A stretch of DNA of 64,000 nt from Amoebidium appalachense (lineage: Eukaryota; Protista; Ichthyosporea). Below are positions 12,993 through 40,642 of this stretch, one piece after another. Below the pieces are notes generated by a model. The model was not told the origin of the DNA. It saw nothing but the letters and a program-made list of their open reading frames with translations, and did not search any database. The stretch's first letter is position 1, and every line of letters begins with the position of its first letter. Position numbers and translations under genes: made by a program. The stretch is from assembly GCA_963693365.1 (NCBI GenBank), contig CAVNZM010000007.1, positions 1,907,979 to 1,971,978 on the forward strand. Direction: 5' to 3'.

Positions 12993-13604
12993 TGCATACA
13001 CGCAACCTGCCTCCCTCCCTCCCCCACCCCCTCCTCCCTCCCCTCCCCCCCCCCCCCCCTCGCCCCCGCCACCCCCTCCCCTCCTGAAATGGCGTGCCTG
13101 TCTCAGTTATGTACACAGCCAAAACACGATGCCATAATCAAGCTCCTAGTGAGGTTGAAGGCAAGGTGCTGAGATCTCAGATACATTTTAATGTGGTTCC
13201 ACTGTTGAAAGCTCTACCGATGTCTAATTTTCTAAAGGCGAAAAAAAAGACTATATAAAAAAGTAGGAATATTGCTACAAGATCATGATTTTAAATTGAA
13301 TGACCATGTGGTAAGCTGTAGCTCAAAGTTTTGTTACTATGGGGCATTCAATCAAACTATCAGATCGGGGGGTCAAAAATAAAATTTTTCACCAAACCAT
13401 GTATACGATATAAGGAAGTTACCTTGAGGAGGTTCTACCATTCATTGGTGCGCTTTTTTAACGCTGGTATGCTAAAAATCTGCACATACCCACATCACTT
13501 TCATTATTTAGCAAAGAGCATAGAGGGAGTGCGGCGGAGGGTGGGTGTTTGTGTCGATATATTTTTGTGCAAAGGTGTGGGGACCGGCCACCGTGGTGGA
13601 CGTG

Positions 13605-13649
<45 letters not shown>

Positions 13650-14693
13650 GTCTATACGACGGACCCCCTCTCGCACCCAATTGGACAAAAATCAGGGGGG
13701 AACGGTTAGATCTCAGAGCGGGATAAAATAGGCTGTCAGTAGCGGGGGGTTGGGGCCCCATGTAGGCCCCAGACACACACAGGGTTATGGTTTTTGGGTT
13801 TATGTTTTTATTTCGTTGATAAATTTTCAAACACAGTGCTTTTAGCGGTCTGTGTGCGGGATCTCCCTGTACCTAGGGGTCTCCGTTGTACGGACATACA
13901 TCCCGCTCTTATACCTCCCCCCCTCCCCTCCTCTTCCCCCTTAGAAAATACGTGCTAGCACAGTTACTGATCCAAGCAAGGCCTTCTATAAGAGATGTTT
14001 TACCGAGCGTGCCAAACCGTTTGTCACAGGCGCAAGGTGTGGTGATGGGGTTGGGGAGAGGGGGGGCCGGCCGGTGGGGGGAAGGGGGGGGGGGGGGGGG
14101 GGGGAGGGGGGAGAGGGGCGAGGGGTTTGGGGGAGGGGTTGGGGGAAGCCTAAGGGGGAGCGGGGGGAGGGGGGAAAGGGAGGGGAGGGGGGGGAGCAGT
14201 GGCCGGTTATCAGGGGTAGGTAGGGAAATGGGAAAGTAATGAGGTATACATGTGGGGGGGGTGAAGGGGAGGAGGGAGAAGGCGAAAGTTGAATGTGTGT
14301 ATTTGAGGTGTGTGTAGAGGTTTTAAGTGGGTGGGGCGGGGGGGGGTGGGGGTGGGGGGGGGGTGGGGGGAGGGGAAAGGGGGAGGAAGGGGAAGGGGGA
14401 AGGCCTGGTGGCGCGGGGAGGTTGGGAGAGAAGGGGGAGGAGGGGAGGGGGGGGGGGGGAGGGGGGGGGGGGGGGGCTGGGTGGAGCGGCAAGGTGCAAC
14501 ATATAGTTCTGTTGGTATGTGGGGAAAGGGGGAAAGGGAGGGGTGTATGATTCTCATGCTACTGTACGTGCGGGTACGAGTCAGGCCTGTGACCGGTGAT
14601 AGCCGCATAGGTGATTGTATGTGGCGGTGACTTTAACTGTGGGAGTGGGTGCCTCGTTTCTTTCTTTCTTTCCCCCCTTCTCCCCCCCCCCCC

Positions 14694-14725
<32 letters not shown>

Positions 14726-15748
14726 GATTACTTCCTCTTAGACTACTTTTTAAACCGAAGGTTGGAGAGGGAGGGGGGGAGGGGGGGGGGGGGGGGGGGA
14801 AGGGGTGAAGGAGGCAGGCGTGGAAGAATCTAACCACGCGGGGACACTGAAGTCGATGTCGAAGTTATTACTCTAATAACATTGGCGCCATATATGGCAA
14901 CCTCGCTACACATGCATCTGTGTTTTGATCAAGAAGTGCATGATTGGGCCTTTGGATATACCGGTTATAAAATATCCTGAATAAATGTCCTGCATCCTGC
15001 GATTATTTTTGACATTTTTTGATATTCAGGGGTACTAAGATATGTTTTGGTATCAGCGAGCTTTTTGAGATATTTTGGTGATATTACGGGCTTATTTTAC
15101 AGGATAGTTCTGGATTTCCATTTGCTATTAACTGGTCATTTCCGGGATATTTGTGCAAGGGGCTAATGAACATCCCCCGTATGTGTGCACTGAGGCCTTT
15201 GACACAACGGTTTTCCCACAGACTTTCCATATATGGCTATGACGTCATGCACTTAACCCATCGATGATCATGGTAGAGAATACGAATTTGTGGTATGTTT
15301 AGTCGTCACGTAATTTACTATCTTTTCTTTTCCGTCCTTTTTCGTTTTTTCCTTTCCATTTTTTCTCGGGTGGAGGGTGGGGGGGGGGGGGGAAGGAGGA
15401 GGGGGAGGGAGGGAAAAGTTGGTGGGGAGGGGGAGTGGGGCCTGTTTTACTCAAATCTAGAACCGTTAGCATGAACTCTTTTCGCTCCCGTGAGTGTTTT
15501 TGTTTGTGCAACATGGTGTATGTGTGTGTGTGTGTGTGGAGAAAAGAATAGGGAGTGAGAAAACGGGCAGCGATGAGGCACGGGAGGGAAGGGGAGGTGG
15601 GAGGAGGGGAAAGCTTTGTGCTGCTTCGTGGTGTCTGAAAGGCTTTGGGTGGATGAGCCGGATGAGCCGGGCAGGGCGGGAAGGGGGAGGGGGAGGGGGG
15701 GGGGGGGAGGGGGGAGGGGGGGGGGAAGGGGGGGGGGAGGAGGGGCCG

Positions 15749-15845
<97 letters not shown>

Positions 15846-17068
15846 GGGGGGAGGGGAGAAGGGGGAGGGGGGAGGAAGGGGCGTAGTTTTTTTTTTTTTT
15901 TTTGGGGGGGGGGGGGGGTTAAGGCCGGCAAGGTGTGACATTGTATTTTGGTATGAGGGTACGGGGGGGGGGGGGGGGGGGGGGGGAGGGGGGAAGTGCA
16001 CGTGTGTATGTGTGTGTGTGGGAGGGGGGTGGGGAGGGGGGGGGGGGGGGGGAAGGAGGAGGGAGACACATACCAGGAGAGTCCGTCTTTTTCTCTCAAA
16101 ATTTTCTTTCTCCGTTTCAACGTTTCGTTCTTTCTTTTCTTCTTCAGGTGCGAACGCCGGGGGTTAAGAGGGGGGTGGGGGTGGGTGGGGGGAGGGGCCG
16201 AAGGAGGAGGTGGGGGCGGGGAGGGGAGGTCTCCTTCTGACGCCCGAGACAAGTTCAAAAGTTTAATCACAGAGGCCTTTACACAGATATTTTATAACAA
16301 AGAAACATACACCAAGTAGCACAGCTCTTAACCTCTTGAGGACCGTAAATTTCACGAGATCGACATCTAGTCAACTGACATCGACATGAGTCAGTTTGTG
16401 CTCTAATGTGAGCATAGAGTTGATAGGAACTAGCCAAATAAAAATAACACGGGACTAGATTATATACTTATCCTTCGTCTGATTCATATTTTGCACTTAT
16501 TCATAACAGCAAATCAAAACACACTCACCCATCCTCCCATCCTCCCACAGGCGCACGCACACGCCGACACGCCCACACATGCAGGTGCTTTGAGAATACG
16601 AAACTGCAAATCGCGGTGGTTTGACCACAACATACGTTTAACCATACGAAAACCATTATAAACCACGCCCTCCAACAGTAATACACGTACTTAGCTCGGA
16701 AAACAAAGGTCCTGCACACCAACGTGCTTAGGTATCATACATGAAGTATCAATCCATCATTCTCTGCTCATAGCACCAAACCAAATCTTAAGGTTGTCTC
16801 CAAAAACTACAACACCGCCGCACTCAACACAACGATTCACCACACCTACAAAATCAGAATATCCAACACACTCTCTATCGCTACATAACCCCTCCACACA
16901 CACATTCCCCACATCTATCCCCAGCTAGCACACACTCCATCCGGACATACCCCCCCCCCCCCCCCCTCCCCCTTTCCCGGACACACACACACACACATTT
17001 CCCTCCTCTCCCCCCCCCCCCCCCCCCCCCCCCGCCTCCCCCCCCCTGCCCCCGCCCACACCCAAACC

Positions 17069-30340
<13,272 letters not shown>

Positions 30341-32289
30341 AGTGTGTACGTTTGCTACTTAGAGTAGCTCCCTCGTTATAAAAAGGTTGCAGGCCTTGCC
30401 CATGGAACCAGAAGCATGGGTGGCTACAGAATGCCTTCAGTAAGTTTCCTAGAAGTGTGAGACTGATAGAACAGCTTCCTTCAGTGCTTTCGGCAAGTCA
30501 GCCCAACAAGTGGTTTTACGTGACTGGATGGGGAAAAGAAACATTCGTATCCCAGGAGTTTACACCCCAACAGACTACTCCATTAACCGTTAACACACAT
30601 GAAAATGCATTTCTGGATGCTTCTAGCTGAGCTTTTATGCAGATGCGGTTTGTTGTTTTCAGCAAAGAGGGATCAACGTTGTGAATTAGTTGTGAACTAA
30701 TATAAGATGTCACTTGAAACAAGAGTGGGTTTGTGAGTCCAACCTAGCGCGACAGGTGAGTTGGCGCCACCTGCCAACAATGAACAGATTACGTAATTAT
30801 GATCACGTAAGCGGCTCAGGCTGCGTGACTTCAAAACTGCACATCATTGTGACTGAGGGTGGACCTAAATATACCATACGACATTTTATATACAGAATAC
30901 AAAACCAGCCATAATTTATTGTAATCAAATTTCCCTGAGAAAGTGCTTATCTACATACATAAATGACATTAGGAACGTGCTTCATCCGCATGCAAGCGTT
31001 TGCGCATCACAGTGCACGTGAGGATCCTTGTATGACGTCACAATTGTTTCTGGTGATGGAATGGATGCCATACAGTACACATCATTATCCTTGCCCCCAG
31101 AACAAAAGTAGCTGTGTAAATAGCGTTTTAAAAAAAAAAAAAAAAAAAAAAAACCAAAAAAAAAACCGGTGATTAGGCTGGACATGTACTTGCATGAATG
31201 GAAACAGAAACATATAAGTACAAGCGAAGCCAGCCTTAGCCGTGCACCAAAGCCCTTAACAAACAAAATACCTTTTATAGTAGCTCAATATTGAATATGA
31301 TGCAGCATATAAAAATTATCTTTAACAATGGAATTCAGAGTGTTCTATATAATCAGATTCTTGCTTGCACTACACGTACAGTCATGTACAGTAGGCCTAT
31401 TGGAGGCCCGGGTACCATATCAGGAGCGGGCAATTTTTGAATTCTCCCTCCCCGGCCCCGCCGGGGAAAATTTGAGGTTTTTGGACCTCAAAGAAGTCAA
31501 ATCCTGCAAAATCCACTACCGGGAGGCCAAAAAGGGTGATTTTACAAAAAAGGAGGGACATACATGAAAAAGAGAAAATGGGCGAGTTCAGTGGGCTGCC
31601 GATAAGTATATTTCGTGCTGGGCCGGTATACATGCTGCCGTGGTTGTTGCTGTAGACGGCAGTATGGCATCGCATGTGTCACGTGACCTGCACGTGAATG
31701 CGACCATGTGCAGGCACTGAGTCTAGGGGGATTTGTATGTGTGTTTTGGAGCACCGACAAGGCAGAGCCAGGGTGAGGGATGTGTAAACATGGAGTTTAG
31801 GGAGATCGTGCTGCTATTGTAACATGTGCACAAAACAGCCACGTGCACCGGCACACTCCGGTGTACAGAACAATAATATGCACATGCGTCACTGTAATAT
31901 CATGTATGCGCATGCCGCACAAGGTTTAGGAGACCACCACAGTATATACTATTTTCTTTTGGTTGATATCCATGTAGGAATGGTGTGTTGCAGTTGTCAT
32001 GATCAGCCTGAGGCAGGCACGTGCACTCACTGAATCACTAGAACTCATGAATAAAAAATACATTCGCTAAAAACGGCAAGGTAAATTTGGGGCCAAGCTA
32101 TTATTTCCCCCTTTTAAACGTTTTTTTAGCTCCAAGAACTTCGACGCCAAAATTTCTATATTTGGCCATCGTATATGATAATGAACACGTGTACTTAAAT
32201 TAAAGTAGTTATATAAATATGAGCGGCCCGTTACAAATACAGTGACGAAAAACAGTGACCCACGAGCAGTTTTTCTTTCTATCCCCCCC

Positions 32290-32320
<31 letters not shown>

Positions 32321-33649
32321 ACACACACACACCAGACACACACACCACCACCACGGTGACCACCACCACCACCACCACCACCACTCACCCCTTAAAAAAA
32401 CCACACACATACGTGCACGTGTACACACACACACAGAACACCACCACCACCTCCACTGGACCCCATTTCCTCGTTGTTTTCTTAAGCCTTCAGACCAGTC
32501 CTGCACACTGGAGTTAAACAATTGAATTCACCTAGGCTGACATGCATCCACCCCCGCCTTCCACTTCCCTCCCCCCCACCCCCTCCCCCCACCCCCCCCC
32601 ACCCCCACCCCCTCCCCCTCGATGAAGAAGGGCCCCCGTAAGCGTTGGGGGGGGGGGGGGGGGGAGGGGGGGGAGAGGGGGAAGGGGGGAGCTCTTGAGC
32701 CTCCGGGTAGGGAAGTGGGGTCCGGGGATCCGGAGAGGGGAGGGGGGGGGGGGGGGGGGGGGAAGGGGCATATAATATTGGGCCTAGATATCATAGTATG
32801 GGGCCCCGGGGGAGGGAGAGGTGGGGGGAGGGGGGGAGGATCCACGGGAAAGACCTTTAGGTGCATGTTCTTATTTATACCCCCTTCGAATCATCCCCCC
32901 TCTCCCCCCTCCCCCCCCCTGAGTGCAGGCCGTGACGTAGCTACGATAACCCTGCAGAAGGCAACAAAAATGTATTAATTACTAGCACTATACATGTGTT
33001 CATAGTGCAGCTTGCACCACGTATGATCTCAGCAACTTTAAAGTAGTCACAAAGTTTAGTTATTTTCATTATTTTCATTGCTCTGAACTCTATTACTCTG
33101 AAATGATCACCGTGCATGTGCCGCAAGATAACAACCCTATATGTGTGCAGCTGCTGCCTGCAGGTTAGACTCGCTGAAAAGACAATTGTCAGTGTGCATC
33201 CGACGCTTGCAGCTGCAGCTAGCCTCTGCAACATTAATACTTGCCAAGTGAATGCTCTTACACTTGATCATCATTCACTCAAAAAACCGAGGACCGACAG
33301 ATTAAATATTAATGTCGATCCGAATGATCAGCAAGTGTCTATGCGTACTACTATATATACACACACGTAAAATGCGAAGCTATCAGTTACAAGGCACACC
33401 TGCTGCACTGGCACACATACACATACACACCGGCAGATCGATGCTGTCAAAATTTACTTTCATGTACTTCGTAGGTCCGACACAGGTGCACATGAACACG
33501 TACATATGTACAAGCCGCGCACACACCACACCACACATACACACACACACACACACACTCACACACACACACGCACACACGCACACACGCACACACGCAC
33601 ACACGCACGCACGCACGCACACACACACACACACGCACGCACGCGCGCG

Positions 33650-33711
<62 letters not shown>

Positions 33712-35823
33712 GACACACACACACACACACACATCACTGGGTGCGCTCGCTGGGGATTAGTTTTTTGGCACGCTGTTGACTTTATCGTGTGTTTATTATT
33801 TGCTATTTATTGGCCAGCGGCCAACATTTAAAAATATACTATATACCTAAAAATAGATACTGACTACGGCCAGCAGACATTATACACCTTCCAGGACACA
33901 TTAACACCAATAGTCTAACACACCATACTCTCGATCACAAAGAATTCCTAACAAACAGAGAAAAGTGCAAAGGCTCTGTACTATTACTCAGATTCTAAAT
34001 TTTAATTCTTTACAGTAAACTTCGGAATGAAAGCTAGCCCCCCCCCCCCCCCCCCCCCCCCCCTCCCCCCTAACATGACTGTACGAAGAACAGGTATAAC
34101 TTGAAGCACTACAACACATATGAGATCCGTTACATTGGTGTACATTCCAATATTAGACACTAGTTTGGCTACTCTGACTACTCTGAGATCCTGATTGGCT
34201 GCCTGCAGACTTGCGGCCACGATTACTTTGCTTTCGATCGTGCCATTGCAGCTGCGTCTCTCCAGCAGGTGGCAACGCCAGGCCCAGCACAGCAGATGCA
34301 CGAGAAGGGGGTGGGAACTGCCCACCAGCCGAGGGCTGGCCCACATGGCCCAAGTAAGGATGGGGACCGTGCTGCGGCAGTAGCCCAGGCATGGGGAAGG
34401 CAGGGCCGGGCTGAGGCGGCATGATGCCCCACGGTGGGGGCCAGCCATGTGGGTGGTGCGGGCCTGGATGGGGTGCAGGGGGCATGTGCGGCACATGGCC
34501 CTGCTGCATGTCAAGCGCGGGTGCTGGTGGCATGGCATCCTGATTGGCTGCAACCCAACGTGGGCAGCTCTTGGCCCGATTGGAGCCGGGGCAGCCCTTG
34601 CCCTGGCGGCCACACGTCTTGCAGGTCTTGGGGGCTCTCTGGGGTGGCTGCATAGGAGGGGGCACCGGCAAATCCATCTGCAGGGGCCCCTCAGGGCCAA
34701 TGTTGCGATGCTTTTTGCCCACTAGCATGGGCAAGGGCCGCTCACGCTGCGCCCCTGCATCGACACCGTCTGGAACAGGGAGGGGTGGCAAGGGGGCAGG
34801 CCGTATGGTTGCTGGCACAGCGTCTGCCCTCTCCTCGCGCATACGCTTGCGGTGATCTGCCAGGCCCTCGTGTGTGGAGCGCTGTGCATGTGCCGTCTGC
34901 CAGGTCTTCCACTTGTCGAAATGCTTCTTGATGTAGGCCGCATCCTTCATGTAGATTCCCCCAGCCACAGAGGCAGCCTTGTTGAAGTCTTGGGCCAAAG
35001 CCTCGAACAGCTGGCCGTTGGGCTTTGCATGTGCCTTGTAGGTGCCCAGGAGCAGCGTGCTGAATAGCTTGCGCTCCTGAGGGGTAAGCACCGGAAGGAA
35101 GGGGATGGCCACATGTTGCTTCTGCGCCAGGAACTTGTAGTCGCCCCTCAGTGCAGGGTCCGGCTGTGGTGCACCACGCGCCACCTGGTTGCCCCCCCCC
35201 ATGGCAGCACCGTCACCCTCCTCGACCTCACAGTCCTCTGGCCCGCCCATCACGCCATTGGCTGCAGGCTCGATGTTATCAGACGGAGGTGGGGGTGCGG
35301 GCACCGCAACTGGCTCCTGCGCCGGGGCATTGGCCACACAGGAGAGCGGGGCAAAGTTGAAGTACTCCTCCGGTAGCTTGTAGCAGCCTACGGGTACCCA
35401 CTGGGGGTCGAGGTGATGGCCGTACAGCATCAGCGCCAGTGCCTCCATGTCGTCAACAATCCAGGGGCTGTAGTGGGGGGGCCCCGATGCCTGGCCCAGG
35501 CGGTTGCGGTAGTGTGCACGCAGGTTGTGGCGGTGGCGCCTATTGGACATGGTGGCGTCCAGCAGGCGCAGCGACATGCGTGTGGCCCCAAAGTGGGTGG
35601 CCAGGGGGTTGTGCACTGCCCCCTCCACCTCGTTGGTGCCCCGGATGCAGCGGTAGCGCATGAGCCCATCTGCGTCGGCAGTGGTCTCGTAGTAGAGGGG
35701 CAGGCCGGGGGGGTCCGACAGACAGCCATTTTGGGCGTGTTCGAGCAGCGACTGTGGGGGCACAAGCAAACATCAGAGAGATGGGTGGGTGGTGGTGGTG
35801 GTAGTGTGTGTGTATGTGTGTGT

Positions 35824-35871
<48 letters not shown>

Positions 35872-35943
35872 TGGGGTTGCTAAGGAAAAAAACGAGCAGG
35901 GAAAGGCAAAAAACAACTGGCTAGGCAGCAAGGGCCGTGCGGG

Positions 35944-36017
<74 letters not shown>

Positions 36018-36597
36018 ATGTTTGGGGGGGGAGGGGGGGGGGGGGGGGGGGGAGGCTAGGGTGTGCGTGTGTGTGCAGATGAACCAAGGATGACAAATAA
36101 GCGAAGAATCTTTTCTGTGGTGGTGGAGTTGTTGGGCGCCTGCAGGGGGAGGGGGGGGGGGGGGATGTTGCCTCGAGTCTTTCAAAGCCATCCTTCTTGA
36201 ACAGAGGCTTGCCATCCGGTCCGGGCGGCACATCCTTGTAGGTGTTTTTGAACTCCACCAGCCGCGAGACCAGCGTGTATGGGTCGGGAATAACCCGCCG
36301 GATGCGCTCCATGAAGTAGCTCAGGTCGCCGCCCTTGAGCTCGGTTTCAATGTCGATGCCCTTCTGCTCCAGCACCCCCTGTGAGGCAGGATGCCAATAT
36401 TAATTTACTACGCACACTGCAATTTGGGTTTGGTAGACTTTGATACCTGCCGTTATTGTAGGACCCCTCCCCTCCACCCCCCCCATCTTCTCCCCCAACA
36501 CAAGTAAAAAATGCATGTGGCTATTTCCCCCCACAACCCTACATTATTTCTCTCTAGGCATATGAATAACCCCCACTCTCCTCCCCCCCCCCCCCCC

Positions 36598-36645
<48 letters not shown>

Positions 36646-37691
36646 TTGCCCCCCCCCTCTCTCTGAGGCTCAGGCTCTCTCTCTTCCCTCAGAAGTTTTG
36701 TCGAAGGTGTGCATGGTTGTGGGTGGAATGGTGAGTGTGTGCTAACGAGTGTATGTGTGTGTGCGCGTCAGTCACGCATGTTGTTGTTGCCGTTTTTTTT
36801 ATTTTTATTTTTTATTTTTTATTTTGGGGGGGGGGGGGGAGGGGGGGGCACCTTCACATGTCCGTAATCCTCTTCATTCCACACAAATATTGCCTCGCTG
36901 AGTGCGCGTGCGTACTCAGCCCTGCGGGGGTGTGACTTGTACGTGCCGTCCGCCGTGTTTGCAATGGAGTGGAAGGCGTCATTCAGCACAGTCTGCCACA
37001 CCACCTCCCCAGGCGGTGCCTGGCCCAACATGCCCTCTCTGGGAGCTGCCTCGGGTCCCCCTGGGGCTGCCTCAAGGCCCCCCGGGGCTGCCTGGGGGTC
37101 CTGGGGGGGTGCCTGTGGGCCGGCAAGGGGTTGCTGCTGCTCGGCAGGGGGAGGACTGGCAGGGGGAGGGGCTGGGTCAGGGACCACCGGCACCTCGGCA
37201 CCTGGGTCCGGTGGGGGCTGAATGGGCCGTAGCCACTGCAGGTGCACCATCAGCTCAAAGGGCGGCGGGCCCAGCTCTCCCAGGGTCTTGCCCTTGTCGG
37301 GGCCAAAGGGCACCTGCATGGCCGGCGACAGCACCTGATCCACCCGCACCACAGCATGCTTCTTGCCCACCTTCATGCCCCCCCAGCGCTCCGGCTGCAC
37401 AGCCAGCACCACCCCGGTGGCTGCTGCAGCATGTGGGCCCCGCCGGGGCACAATCTCAACCCCTTCACCGAGTGCCTTTGCATGAAGCCGCGCTGCATGT
37501 CATAGAGGGAAGCAAAAAACTCAGCCAAAAAGCCACAGCACCAACGTTTTTCTCTTCGCTCCACAAAAATCAAATGCATATTCCTTAGCAACCCCCTTCC
37601 CCCCCCCCCCCCCCCCCCCCTTCTCCCTCCCCCCCCCCCCTCTCCCAGTGCCCAGCTTGTGTGGCACTTGCACGTGTTAACAGTGCTATAG

Positions 37692-37726
<35 letters not shown>

Positions 37727-37959
37727 ACCACCACCACCACCACCAATCACCCCCTCCTTTGATAGCCACCCGACACCCAGCATAACACAACTGGAACACT
37801 GGCCCATGTGGTCAGCCACCCCCCCCCCCCCCCCCCCCTCCTCCCCCTCCCCTCTCCTCTGGGGGGCCCACAATCTTTCTATATCTGGCATAAGCACATA
37901 AGCACTGGGGCAAAAAGCAGGTGGGATACACACCTGACAGGTTTGGCCTATCGACCACG

Positions 37960-38425
37960 GCCGAGTAGACCTGCAGGGACGCATATGCATCAAGGGCAGC
38001 GTAGGTGGCCTGCACCTCTGATAGCGGCTCGTGCCAGTTGGAGCATCGAACAAGTGCCGGCTTGGGCAGCTTCTTGCCTATGACCTGGGCAGTGATGTCG
38101 GCCAAGCCCCGGGCCGCAGAGGTGATAGCTGCACGGGCATAGCAGAACCGGCCCAGCTCCAGATAGCTGGCCACAGGGGTGCCGTAGTCCTTGTTGAGGT
38201 GGGCCGAGTCCGTGCCGATCTGCTTGCCCACCTTGATGATGCTGGGGTCCCTAAGCAGCGCAATCAGCTCGTCCACCAGCCGCGCGGGCGGGCTGTGGTT
38301 GGGGCCCATGCGTGCCAAGTGGAAGATGTACACGGCCCGTGCGGTGGCAATCTGCAGCGTGCAAACCTTGGACCGCGCCTGGCCCACCCGATAGACCCAC
38401 TCGCAGTCCAGCCCCACCACGCGGT
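37960..38425 (-). other. WRN/RNase D-type DEDDy 3'-5' exonuclease domain within the transposase
   Basis: ExoI GLDCEW, ExoII IGTD..HL and ExoIII YAALD all intact. Confidence 0.9.
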
Positions 38426-38845
38426 GCTGCTGCCCCTCCAGGTCGGCACGAATGGCCGCTGTAGCCACCACCGCCCCCTGGCAGTCGGTGTACACCGGCT
38501 TAGGGTAGTTGGCCGGCAGCTCCAGCCCAGGCAGACCGTCCGTCACGCTTACCAGCGCAGCCTCGTTCAGACGGACGGGGCATTTTGGCCGGGCTAGGGT
38601 TGGAAACATGCGCTCAACAAACGCCCGGTCTTGGCAGCACCGATCTGTGTAGAAGAAGGCCGGGCCCTTGCTGTTGAGCGCCGCCGTGGTGGCAGAGATG
38701 CGCTGGATCACGGGCTCAATCTCCTGGTGGCTGCAGTCCCGTGTAAATACCTGCGCCCGGATCTCTGGGGTGCCGCACTGTGTGAGAGGGCATCTCCGAG
38801 CAGCCATGCATGTTCTAGCTTCCCTTACCACATGGCCCTTCACGA

Positions 38846-39155
38846 GACTTCAGTGCCCACACAATCCTTTCCCCCTCCCTCCCCCCAAACCCATGTGCCC
38901 ACATACTTTCCCCTCCCTCTCCCCCAAAACCCTTCCCCCTCCTTCCCCCCAAACCCATGTGCCCACATACTTTCCCCAGGCCTCCCTTTCCCCCAAAATC
39001 TTCCCCCCCCCCCTCCCCCTAAACCCATGTACCTACAATCCTTCCCCCTTCCTCCCCCTAAACCCTTGTGATCACAATCCTTTCCCCCTCTCTGCCTTCC
39101 CCCCAAACCCATGTGCCCACGATCCTTCCCCACTCCCCCTCCCCCCAAACCATGG
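38846..39155. repeat. Degenerate ~40-70 bp minisatellite (CCCCAAACCCATGTGCCCACA core, ~6 units) in transposase intron 2
   Basis: Core or variants recur near 38884, 38946, 39020, 39060, 39103, 39145. Confidence 0.85.
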
Positions 39156-39325
39156 GACAGCCCTCCATATGGCACCTACTGTCCCCCCCCCCCCCCCCCA
39201 CCCCACCCCGGGCCTCTTGCCCTCTCTACCTTCAACCCCGACGGTGGTGTCTCTCCCCCCCCCCCCCCCCCCCCTGCATCCCTTGCAATCACTGGCCCCT
39301 ACTCCCATTCTGCTTGGCAGAAGCT

Positions 39326-39382
<57 letters not shown>

Positions 39383-39616
39383 ATTCCCCGCCAAAAGAAA
39401 GCTCCACCCCAGCCCACCCCAATCTCTACCCAGCAAAAACACATACACACATATCTGGAGCTTCCTAGTTTTTGCTCGACAGGGCAAGAATTGTCCCCAA
39501 AACCCACATACTACAAACCTCTACTCACAGTGTGCCACCTCATTAAATGTGGAGCCTAAGAGATTTAAAGGCCCTAGAGGGGGGAGGGGGGGGAGGGGGG
39601 GGAGGGGGGCGTGTGT

Positions 39617-39647
<31 letters not shown>

Positions 39648-40078
39648 GGGGCGTGTGTGGGGGGGGGGGGAGGGGGGGAAGGGGGCCTGGGGGAGAGTGG
39701 GGGGAGGGGGGAGAAGAGGAGGGACCACACACCGCCAAGCTCGTTTACACAAGTCCATAGGCCTCGGTACAGAGGCTCCCCATTGATGCCGGTGAGCTTC
39801 CCAATTTGGAAGGTGTGGTCGGCCTTGAGCACGTTGTTTACGGGCTTGAGCTGCGTGTCCAGGCTCTGGTACTTTGCCGTGCGGTCGCTGAACTCAGTAT
39901 ACACGGCACTCAGGTATTTGCCTGAACCCCAAGTACTGTTAGAACTCCACCACCCTCCCATCAGGACCATCCCCCCCATTCCCTCTAGTCCCTCGTGTTC
40001 ATCTCACCTCTCTGTATTTTCGTAAGTCTGTATGGCTTTTCCCATCTCAAAAACGCTACACACCCATCTCCGGCCGTT

Positions 40079-40127
<49 letters not shown>

Positions 40128-40306
40128 CCTCCCGGCGCGCGCAAACCCTCCAAGTCATTGCACCAACTTTCACCTTCTTTCCCCTTTGTGCCCCATCTGC
40201 AGTTTGTCCCCTGCACGTCCGTTTGCCCTTCCCCCCACACCCTCCTGCCACTACTATAATAACCATTAAGTACCGCCACCAAGATCCAGTCTACCACCAT
40301 GTGCCC

Positions 40307-40343
<37 letters not shown>

Positions 40344-40492
40344 CTCTCCACCTCCTTTCCCCCAACACACACAGACACACATGCGCACACCCACCATCTA
40401 ATTTCAGGCATAACAGTTCTCCACGATTTCCCAAGCACACTCACTGGTACATGGACCGTTATGCTTTCACCCCTCTGATGATCCCTCTGCCC

Positions 40493-40527
<35 letters not shown>

Positions 40528-40611
40528 ACCACCACCACCACCACCACCACCATGACTGATTGCCACCACCACCACCTAATCCATCACCATGTCCCCCCTC
40601 CCCCTCCCCCC

Positions 40612-40642
<31 letters not shown>

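Noticed and set aside
31440-31495. Possible left TIR of the exonuclease-transposase element, pairing with ~42540-42585
   Set aside because: Only patchy GC-rich similarity and no TSD
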